NCBI GenBank assembly: GCA_963662335.2
Contig: CAXXVD010000002.1
Location: 802,877 to 866,876 of the forward strand
Reading direction: 5' to 3'
From: Chloroflexota bacterium
GTDB lineage: Bacteria; Chloroflexota; UBA11872; VXOZ01
Length of the DNA stretch: 64,000 nt
Positions 9,346 to 16,846 of this stretch are shown here, one piece after another (the first letter of the stretch is position 1; every line of letters starts with the position of its first letter). Both the position numbers and the translations under genes were made by a program. Under the pieces are notes generated by a model. That model searched no databases. It worked only from the letters and a program-made list of their open reading frames with translations, and had not been told where the DNA came from.

Positions 9346-9907
9346 TGACGTTTCCCGAGAGTATGAAGGCGCCGCTACGGAAGGATTTTCACCGATGCCG
9401 GTTGACGAGACATTCCTGGCCGAGATGACGATACGCCCGTATCAGGCGGACGATGAGGCGCGGGTGAAGGAACTGACGATTGCCGCGTTCACCGGCGTCA
9501 GCATCGAGCACAACATCGAGAATAGCTGGCCCGGCCTCCTGCCCGTGCCCTGGGGCGAGCGCAAGTGGCCCATGGTGGCCGGCGATCTGAGCGACCATCC
9601 GGAAGACTGCTTTGTCGCTGAGTACAAGGGCGAATTAATCGCGTTCGCCACTACGCGCATCAACCGCGCCAACAGCGTGGGCGGGATTCCCGATATGGCG
9701 GTGGACGCGCGCTTTCGCGGCAAGGGCATCGGCCGCAAGCTGCTGGAGCACTGCCTGGCGTATTTTCGCGCCCAGAAGCTGACGCTGGCGCGCATCGAGA
9801 CCCTTGACCAGAACCCCATCGGCCGCCACCTGTACCCGGACCTGGGCTTCGAGGAGGTGGCGCGGCAGATCTTCTACGCCATGCCGCTGGAGCCGGAGGA
9901 CGGGTAG
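9335..9907 (+). CDS. GNAT family N-acetyltransferase
   Basis: AVDARFRGKGIGRKLL acetyl-CoA motif and LYPDLGF. True start may be ATG ~9395. Confidence 0.85.
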   Translation: MESDDVSREYEGAATEGFSPMPVDETFLAEMTIRPYQADDEARVKELTIAAFTGVSIEHNIENSWPGLLPVPWGERKWPMVAGDLSDHPEDCFVAEYKGELIAFATTRINRANSVGGIPDMAVDARFRGKGIGRKLLEHCLAYFRAQKLTLARIETLDQNPIGRHLYPDLGFEEVARQIFYAMPLEPEDG

Positions 9908-9934
9908 CGCGGGAATTTGCAAGCGCGCTCCCCC

Positions 9935-9963
9935 GGTAGGGGCACGGCATGCCGTGCCCCTAC
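9935..9963. repeat. REP family D (GTAGGGGCACG.CATG.CGTGCCCCTAC), representative copy
   Basis: Copies at ~22195 and 27866. Confidence 0.8.
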
Positions 9964-10039
9964 CGCGGCCCGCCAACTGTCCCCGTTGGCGCTCGGTTTT
10001 GCGCTCGAATAGGGCCGGCGTTCCACGAGGAAGAACGGC

Positions 10040-10933
10040 ATGAACATCGGCGTGATCGGGCCGGGGCGCGTGGGCGGCGGACTGGCGCGCCTGCTGGCGG
10101 AACGCGGCTACGCGGCGCGCGCCGTTGCCGGCAGGACGCCGGAACGCGCCCAGAACCTGGCCGCCTCCCTGCCGGCGTGCGAGGCCGTCCCGGCGCAAGA
10201 AGTGGCTGACACTTGCGACCTGGTCTTCATCACCACGCCGGATAGCGCCATCGCAGCCGTGGCGCGCGCCGTATCCTGGCGGCCGGGACAAGGCGTCGTC
10301 CATTGCAGCGGCGCGTTGCCGGCGGCGGCGCTGGCGATGGTAGAAAAGTTTGGCGCGTTGCCCGGCGCGTTCCACCCGTTGCAGACTTTGCCGGACGCCC
10401 AGGCGGCGTGCGCAAATCTACCCGGCTCGTTCGTCGCCATCGAAGCGGCGGAGCCGCTCCTGGGGCGGCTTACGGCAATCGCGGACGCTCTCGGGTGCGC
10501 GTGGGGCTACGTGCCGCCGGCGTCGCGGCCGGCCTACCACGCCGCGGCGGTGTTGGTTTCGAATTACACGGTCGCCCTGGCCCACGCCGGCGTCGAACTC
10601 TGGCGCGCAATCGGCAAGACCGAACCGGAAGCCCTGGAAGCGCTGGCGCCCTTGCTGCACGGTACGGCGCGCAACCTCCGCCGCCTGGGTCCCGCGGCAG
10701 CCCTTACCGGCCCGGCCGCGCGCGGCGACTGGGCAACGGTGGCAATGAACCTGACGGCCATCGACCAGGCCGCGCCGCAACACACGTTCACCTACGCTGC
10801 AATGGCGCTGGGGATGATATACAATGACCTCGCGCCCGCCGGCGGCAGCGATGAAGCCGGCGCCACGGACGCAGTCGAGAAGGAATTGCGCTCTCTGCTG
10901 TGCGCAGCCATGAAAGACCGGGAGAGACCATGA
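10040..10933 (+). CDS. panG: Rossmann-like + DUF2520 oxidoreductase, PanG-type ketopantoate reductase
   Basis: GPGRVG, VHCSGA, FHPLQT, YHAAAV, LTGPAARGD; directly upstream of panB. Confidence 0.8.
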   Translation: MNIGVIGPGRVGGGLARLLAERGYAARAVAGRTPERAQNLAASLPACEAVPAQEVADTCDLVFITTPDSAIAAVARAVSWRPGQGVVHCSGALPAAALAMVEKFGALPGAFHPLQTLPDAQAACANLPGSFVAIEAAEPLLGRLTAIADALGCAWGYVPPASRPAYHAAAVLVSNYTVALAHAGVELWRAIGKTEPEALEALAPLLHGTARNLRRLGPAAALTGPAARGDWATVAMNLTAIDQAAPQHTFTYAAMALGMIYNDLAPAGGSDEAGATDAVEKELRSLLCAAMKDRERP

Positions 10934-11802
10934 GCGCCGCGCGCGCCACCACCGCCGATCTCAAGCGGATGAAGGCGGAGGGACGCAAGATCGTCATGCT
11001 CACGGCGTACGACGCGCCGCTGGCGCACTTTGTGGAAGCCGCCGGCGTGCCCGCGATTCTGGTGGGCGACAGCCTGGGCAATACGGTGCTGGGCCACGAC
11101 AACACCCTGCCGGTCACGATGGACGACATGGTGCGCCATACCCAGGCCGTGGCGCGCGGCACGCGCCGGGCGCTGGTGATTGCCGACATGCCGTTCCTCT
11201 CGTATCAAGTCTCCGACGAGCAGGCGCTGCGCAACGCCGGCCGGCTGGTGCAGGAAGGCGGTGCGCACGGGGTGAAGCTGGAAGGCGGCAAGGGCGCCGT
11301 GGCCGCAACCGCGCGCCTGGTGGCGGCCGGCATTCCGGTGATGGGGCACCTGGGCCTGACGCCGCAGTCGGTGCACCAACTGGGCGGCTACCGCGCGCGG
11401 GGGCGCACGCTGGCTGAGGCGGAGGAGATCCAGCAGGAGGCGCTCGCCCTGGAGCGCGCGGGCGCGTTTGCTGTCGTCCTGGAGAGCATTCCGGCGGCGC
11501 TGGCGCGGAAGATTACCGAGTCGCTCACCGTCCCCACCATCGGCATCGGCGCGGGCGTGCATTGCGACGGGCAGATTCAAGTGCTGCACGACCTTGTGGG
11601 CCTGAATCCGGACGCCGCGCAGCCGCGCCACGCCAAGGCGTACGCCAACCTGGGAGAAACGCTGCGCGCCGCCGTAGAAACGTACGCGCGGGAAGTGGAA
11701 TCCGGCGCGTTTCCTGCGCCGGAACACAGCTTCAAGCTGCCCAACGACGTGGCCCGCGCGCTGCGCGGCAAGGCCCCGGTTCCCGCCGCCGACCAGGGTT
11801 GA
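10930..11802 (+). CDS. panB: 3-methyl-2-oxobutanoate hydroxymethyltransferase
   Basis: MLTAYD, ILVGDSLG, ADMPF, VKLEGG, GHLGLTPQSV, TIGIGAG..CDGQ. ATGA overlap with the upstream gene. Confidence 0.97.
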   Translation: MSAARATTADLKRMKAEGRKIVMLTAYDAPLAHFVEAAGVPAILVGDSLGNTVLGHDNTLPVTMDDMVRHTQAVARGTRRALVIADMPFLSYQVSDEQALRNAGRLVQEGGAHGVKLEGGKGAVAATARLVAAGIPVMGHLGLTPQSVHQLGGYRARGRTLAEAEEIQQEALALERAGAFAVVLESIPAALARKITESLTVPTIGIGAGVHCDGQIQVLHDLVGLNPDAAQPRHAKAYANLGETLRAAVETYAREVESGAFPAPEHSFKLPNDVARALRGKAPVPAADQG

Positions 11803-11817
11803 CGGTTGCGCGCCGCC

Positions 11818-12669
11818 ATGCAAGTCCTGCGCACGATTCCAGAGTTACGCGCCGCCCGCCGCGCGGCCCGCGGCAGCGTTGGCCTCGTGCCCACCATGGG
11901 CTACCTGCACGCGGGCCACCTGGCGCTGGCGCAGGCCGCCCGCGCGCAGAACGATCACTGCTGGGCCACGTTGTTCGTCAATTCACTGCAATTCGGCTCC
12001 GGCGAAGACTTTGCCACCTATCCGCGCGATCTGCCCCGCGACTTTGCCCTCTTCCGGGAGGCCGGCGTGGACGCGGTTTTCGCGCCGGCAGCGGAGACGA
12101 TGTACGCTCCCGGCTTTAGCACGTTCGTTGAGGTGGAGCATCTCACTGAGCGCCTGGAGGGCGCGGCGCGGCCCGGGCACTTCCGGGGCGTCACCACCGT
12201 GGTCTGCAAATTGCTCAACATCGCGCAGCCCGACCGCGCCTACTTTGGCCGCAAGGACGCCCAGCAACTGCGCGTCATCCAGCGCATGGTGCGCGACCTG
12301 GACATCCCCACTGAGATCGTGCCGATCGACACGGTGCGCGAAGCCGACGGCCTGGCGCTGGCCAGCCGCAACGTCCACCTGAAACCGGCGGAACGCCAAG
12401 CCGCGACCGCCCTCTACCAGGCGCTCCAGGCGGCGGCGGCACGCCATGCCGCCGGTGAACGCGACGCCGACGCCCTGCGCGCCGCCATGCGCGACGTTCT
12501 GGCGCGCGAACCCCTCGTCCAGGTGGATTACGTGAGCATTGCCGACGACGAAACCCTGGCGGAACTGGCAACCGTAACCGGCCCGGCGCTCGCCTCGCTC
12601 GCCGCGCGCATCGGCGCCACGCGCCTCATCGACGCCATCGAATTAGGCCGCGATGACACCGCCTCATAG
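11818..12669 (+). CDS. panC: Pantoate--beta-alanine ligase
   Basis: VPTMGYLHAGH, YPRD, RPGHFRGV, YFGRKDAQQ, READGLALASRN, RLID. Confidence 0.97.
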   Translation: MQVLRTIPELRAARRAARGSVGLVPTMGYLHAGHLALAQAARAQNDHCWATLFVNSLQFGSGEDFATYPRDLPRDFALFREAGVDAVFAPAAETMYAPGFSTFVEVEHLTERLEGAARPGHFRGVTTVVCKLLNIAQPDRAYFGRKDAQQLRVIQRMVRDLDIPTEIVPIDTVREADGLALASRNVHLKPAERQAATALYQALQAAAARHAAGERDADALRAAMRDVLAREPLVQVDYVSIADDETLAELATVTGPALASLAARIGATRLIDAIELGRDDTAS

Positions 12670-12795
12670 AAGTCTGGCCGGCAATGGCAAGCGCAGGTGG
12701 ATTCCGTCCCGCCATGAAAAGACCATCCCCGGACTTCAACTCGCCAGTCAGAGATAGTGTTAGCGATTGACGGGCAAAGCGAGAGAGCATGTTCC

Positions 12796-12830
12796 GTGTA
12801 AAATTGAAAGTACTACTTTCAATTTTACAC
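12796..12830. promoter_or_regulatory. Perfect 17-1-17 AT-rich inverted repeat, candidate operator upstream of terC
   Basis: GTGTAAAATTGAAAGTA-C-TACTTTCAATTTTACAC. Confidence 0.6.
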
Positions 12831-13088
12831 ATCCCACGCGCTAGCGGCCTTCATAGGCGTCTATTGCCCCACGGCCAAGCAGACGCGCCCAGCAGCGCCG
12901 ACAGCGTATGCGTCCCATTCCGTACACGTGACGCTCAGGCCGTGGTTGCGTTACTATGGGAGTCGTGCGCTCACGCGACATTTCACGGCTTCTAGCGGGA
13001 GACGGCGCCGTAGTACCGGCGCCTTAATTGTGTCACGCGCGCAGGCGCCACGCACCGACTATTCTCTACATCGACGAAGGATGCAACG

Positions 13089-14087
13089 ATGCTCGGAACG
13101 ATGAACTCACCGGTACTCTGGATCGGCTTCACTGCCGTTGTCCTGACCCTGCTGATCCTCGACCTGCTGGTCTTCCACCGGGGCGCGCACGTGATCAAGC
13201 CGCGCGAAGCCGCCACCTGGGTTGCCATCTGGGTCAGCCTGGCCCTGGCGTTTGCCGTGGGCATGTTCATCTTTGCCGGCGCCGAACGCGGCACCGAGTT
13301 CATCACCGGCTATCTCATCGAGTGGACCCTGAGCGTCGATAACCTCTTCGTCTTCCTCATCATCTTCACGTACTTCGCGGTGCCCCACGAATACCGCTAC
13401 AACGTGCTCTTCTGGGGCATCCTGGCCGCCATCATCCTGCGGGGCACGTTCATTCTCATTGGCGCGGCCCTGCTCGCGTCGTTCCACTGGATGATCTTCG
13501 TCTTTGGCGGCTTCCTGATCTACACCGGCATTCGCATCCTGCTCAAGGGCGATGAGGATACGGACCCGGAGCGCAACTTCGCCGTGCGCGTGTTCCGCAA
13601 GATCCTGCCCAGCACCGCCAACTACCACGGCGGCAGCTACATCGTCAAGGTGGACGGCCGCTGGCTGGCGACGCCGCTGCTGCTCGTGCTGCTGGTGGTG
13701 AACGTGACCGACGTGGTCTTTGCCCTGGATTCCGTGCCGGCGATCTTCGCGATCACGCGCGAACCTTTCATCGTCTACTCGGCCAACATCTTCGCCATCC
13801 TCGGCCTGCGCGCGCTCTACTTCCTGCTGGCGAACCTGATGGACCGCTTCCACTACCTGAGCGTGGGACTCGGTCTGGTGCTGGTCTTCGTGGGTGTCAA
13901 GATGGTGGTGGGCGACTTCCACGACGTGCCCAAGGGCGACCACTTCTTTACGCCGGTGCTCAAGGGCATCGAAACGGTGGCGACCGCGTTCCACGATCAG
14001 CCGGTCTACTCCCTGGCCGTGGTGGGCATTTTGCTGGGCGGGTCGGTGATCGCCTCGCTGCTGCGGCCTGCGGACGCCGGGGAGTGA
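13089..14087 (+). CDS. terC: TerC/Alx family metal-homeostasis membrane protein
   Basis: GYLIEWTLSVDNLFVF, VLFWGILAAIILRG, TDVVFALDSVPAIFAIT, NIFAILGLRALYF. Confidence 0.93.
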   Translation: MLGTMNSPVLWIGFTAVVLTLLILDLLVFHRGAHVIKPREAATWVAIWVSLALAFAVGMFIFAGAERGTEFITGYLIEWTLSVDNLFVFLIIFTYFAVPHEYRYNVLFWGILAAIILRGTFILIGAALLASFHWMIFVFGGFLIYTGIRILLKGDEDTDPERNFAVRVFRKILPSTANYHGGSYIVKVDGRWLATPLLLVLLVVNVTDVVFALDSVPAIFAITREPFIVYSANIFAILGLRALYFLLANLMDRFHYLSVGLGLVLVFVGVKMVVGDFHDVPKGDHFFTPVLKGIETVATAFHDQPVYSLAVVGILLGGSVIASLLRPADAGE

Positions 14088-14157
14088 CCCGGCTGCGGCA
14101 ATAGGACTCCTGCCTTAGACACCCTCTAACTTGGAGAGGGAGAGGGAACCGGGGAGA

Positions 14158-16224
14158 CTATTCGGCGAGTTCCAAGGTCACCACGTCCACGTCGGTCAGG
14201 CGCGGCAGGGTGACGAGCGTGTGCGTGCCGTGAGGACGAACGTGCACGGCTTGGCCGCTGGCGGCGTGGGCGGCGCGCACCGCGAGCGCGGACTTGATGG
14301 TTAGGTCGGCCAGCGGTACCGCTTCCGGTATATCAACCCAGGGCCCGGCGCGCCGGCCGCGCCCGACGCCCTGGCCCAGCGGCCGGCTGACCGGGCAGTT
14401 CACCAGGAAGACTTTCAGTTCGTTGCCGTCCCGGGTGTAGGCGATCTCGACGTTGGGCGCGCCCTGCACACGCAGGTCGGCGGCGTAGCCGATGAACTGC
14501 AAAATCCGCATCACCATGCGGCCGAACGCCCGCGCGCCCCGCAGCATGTATTCGGCGAACGGCTCGTGGTTGCAGTAGGCGATTTGCCCCGCGCCGAAGC
14601 GCCCGCAGACCACGGCCGGCATCCCGGTTTCCGTGCTCCAGCGCGTGCCGTGGCTATCCCACACGTTGCCGCGCGGCTCTACGACGGGCTTCAGCGAGTA
14701 GGCGAGTTCGCCAAAGCCGGGGAAGTTGCGCAGCGGCCAGTGCCCCAATGAACACGCCAACTCCCAATCGGGAATCTGCCACCCTGCCGGCGCGTGGATG
14801 AACCAGCCGTCCTGGCGCGCGCGGCCGTGCTCTTGGCGGTCGGCCAGGATGATGCCCAGGTCGCGCTGCAAGCTATGCGCGCCGGTGACGAGCATCCGCC
14901 CGCCGTTCTCCACGAACTCCCGCACCAGCGGCAGGGATTCCGGCCGCAAATCGCCGGGATGCGCGACGACGAGCGCCTTCAAGCCGGCGAGGTCGTCCGC
15001 CGCCAGCAGGTCGTCGCACACCAGCCGGAAGGGAAAGTGCTGTTCGGCCAGGTACTTGTACGCGCCGGCCGTATCGCGGCTGAAACCGGCTTCCGTGGGC
15101 ACATTCCCCAGCGCTACTTGCTCTTCCGAGAAGAGCAAACCGACGTCCGCAAGCTCTGTTGACGCGGCGCGCTCCGCCGCCAGCGGCCCGATCTTCTTAA
15201 ACGTGTTGGCCACTTTGTCCAGGGTTGGCGCGCCAAAGAAGCCGCTGCGCGTGTCCGGCGCGCCCCAGAGCACGGTGGCGTCGGCCCCGGCGCTGAGCGC
15301 GCTGGCGGCCTGGTAGGTAAGCTGGCTCTCGCTCACGCCGCCGTACATCACGGTGTCCCAGCAGAACGCGATTTCCACGGGCCGTCCCCGCGCCAGCGCC
15401 CGCAGGCGGTGGGTCTGCATGGCGGGCAGGAAGAAGTTTTGCCCGGTGGCGTCGGATTCGCCAAAGAGGTAGTCGTCGTGCGTGTAGGGCCAATGGGCGT
15501 TGTGGGTGAGGCGCACGTCATTGCCGCTGGCGCGGATGCGTTCCTTAACGCCGACGAGAAAGGAATCTACAATGCGATTACCGAAGGCGGCCAGGCGCGC
15601 GCGGTCTGCCGGCGCAAAGCGTCTCTGCCGCCTGCCACCGGGGCGTCTCCCGCCCGCGCGGGAGCCTGGACGCGGCCGCGCGTCGGGCAGCGGCTCGCCG
15701 AATTGCGCTTGCCACGCCGCCTGGCAGTAGTCGCAATAGCAGAGCAGCCGGTAGTGCACGATGTCCAAGAAGAGCCGCGAAAAGGCGTACTGCGCCAGCA
15801 ATTCGTCGAGCATGGCGTAGGCGTAATCGCGGTAGGGCGAATTGAGGCAAAGCCAGCGCCAGCGGGTCGGCGGGCCGGGCAGGGGTTTGCCGTCCGCGTC
15901 CCGGCTGCGCCAGGAAGGCTGGGCGCGGTAGGCGTGCTCGTCCCAACGCACGGAGTAGTAGAGGCCGGGGTCGATGCCGTTCTCGCGGGCGGCGTCCAGT
16001 TGCGCGCCGATCAGGTCGCCGTCCAGCGCCGGATGCCGCGTACCGGCTGTAGTGTCATAGTAGGCGTGGCCCCAGTGGCACTTGGCCTGCAGCAAGACCG
16101 CGTCGGCGCCAATCTCGCGCAGCGCCGCCATTTGCGCGCCGGCGTCCACCTGGGAGAGCGTGCCCGCGCCATAGGGCCCAAAGTGGTTGTCGATCAATAT
16201 GCGTTTTGGGCCGGTCTGTGCCAT
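14158..16224 (-). CDS. Putative glycoside hydrolase (GHL6/GH42-like TIM barrel plus beta-galactosidase trimerisation domain)
   Basis: AKCHWGHAYY.T..G.RHP.L..DL, LCLNSPY, CYCDYC, and a GATase-like FVENGG segment. Start at MAQTG with SD GGAGG. Confidence 0.75.
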   Translation of the reverse strand: MAQTGPKRILIDNHFGPYGAGTLSQVDAGAQMAALREIGADAVLLQAKCHWGHAYYDTTAGTRHPALDGDLIGAQLDAARENGIDPGLYYSVRWDEHAYRAQPSWRSRDADGKPLPGPPTRWRWLCLNSPYRDYAYAMLDELLAQYAFSRLFLDIVHYRLLCYCDYCQAAWQAQFGEPLPDARPRPGSRAGGRRPGGRRQRRFAPADRARLAAFGNRIVDSFLVGVKERIRASGNDVRLTHNAHWPYTHDDYLFGESDATGQNFFLPAMQTHRLRALARGRPVEIAFCWDTVMYGGVSESQLTYQAASALSAGADATVLWGAPDTRSGFFGAPTLDKVANTFKKIGPLAAERAASTELADVGLLFSEEQVALGNVPTEAGFSRDTAGAYKYLAEQHFPFRLVCDDLLAADDLAGLKALVVAHPGDLRPESLPLVREFVENGGRMLVTGAHSLQRDLGIILADRQEHGRARQDGWFIHAPAGWQIPDWELACSLGHWPLRNFPGFGELAYSLKPVVEPRGNVWDSHGTRWSTETGMPAVVCGRFGAGQIAYCNHEPFAEYMLRGARAFGRMVMRILQFIGYAADLRVQGAPNVEIAYTRDGNELKVFLVNCPVSRPLGQGVGRGRRAGPWVDIPEAVPLADLTIKSALAVRAAHAASGQAVHVRPHGTHTLVTLPRLTDVDVVTLELAE

Positions 16225-16314
16225 GAGATACCTCCCTCGCACGCTGGATGCCGTAAATATGCCGTAGCGCGGGGGCTTGTCCCCCGCTTCGTGGTTCACC
16301 TCTGGGCGCGAAGA

Positions 16315-16341
16315 TGGATTCCCGCTTTCGCGGGAATGACG
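16315..16341. repeat. REP family F (TGGATTCCCGCTTTCGCGGGAATGAC), representative copy
   Basis: Copies at ~24810 and 57951, plus one inside a CDS at 18653-18680. Confidence 0.8.
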
Positions 16342-16510
16342 GAACGTAGCGCGGGGGCTCGTCCCCCGCCGCTTGGCTCCACGGGCAACCACGATTCGCG
16401 GCCAGGCGCTTCGCGCGCGCCTGGCGCGCTCTTCTCAATGCTACTTATCCCATAGCCTGTTTGCCAACCGATTCCGCCTTTGCGCCTGGCGGAAGGCGAG
16501 GGGAACCACC

Positions 16511-16674
16511 CTAATGCTGTCGCACTAAACAGAGCGGCAGCAGAACTTGCGTCTAGAATCTCCGGTAGCGCAGGTTTGTAACCTGCGAAGCTGTTAGGTC
16601 AATTCTGTGCGTGCCAGTTTCAATAGCTCCGGCGGGGGACAAGCCCCCGCGCTACGTTAATGCGACAGCATTGG
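16511..16674. mobile_element. ~163-bp MITE-like element with terminal inverted repeats, carrying two REP-like hairpins
   Basis: Ends CTAATGCTGTCGCACTAA ... TTAATGCGACAGCATTGG match at 16/18 when inverted. Homologous reverse-oriented copies at ~22320-22480 and ~24621-24765. Confidence 0.7.
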
Positions 16675-16846
16675 GGAGCCACCCGCGCGACAGTAACGGT
16701 CAACACTGCCTGGCGAAATGCGTATTCTGTCAAGGAGTTAGCAGGCAGTTACAGGAATGACCGCTTGGGGAACGAGTTACCCAAGCGCGTCTCGAGGGGT
16801 ATGATAGGCGGCAGAGAGAGTACGTCCGGCGGTGGAGATTTGCCGA

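Noticed and set aside
10020-10035. parS-like CGTTCCACGAGGAAGA
   Set aside because: Three mismatches to the TGTTCCACGTGGAACA consensus, and explained by the panG Shine-Dalgarno.
10040-12669. panG replacing panE and no panD as a novelty
   Set aside because: PanG-type DUF2520 reductases next to panBC are already known, and panD may lie elsewhere.
12803-12810. ATTGAAAG, typical of CRISPR repeat 3' ends
   Set aside because: Occurs only within one palindrome; there is no repeat-spacer periodicity.
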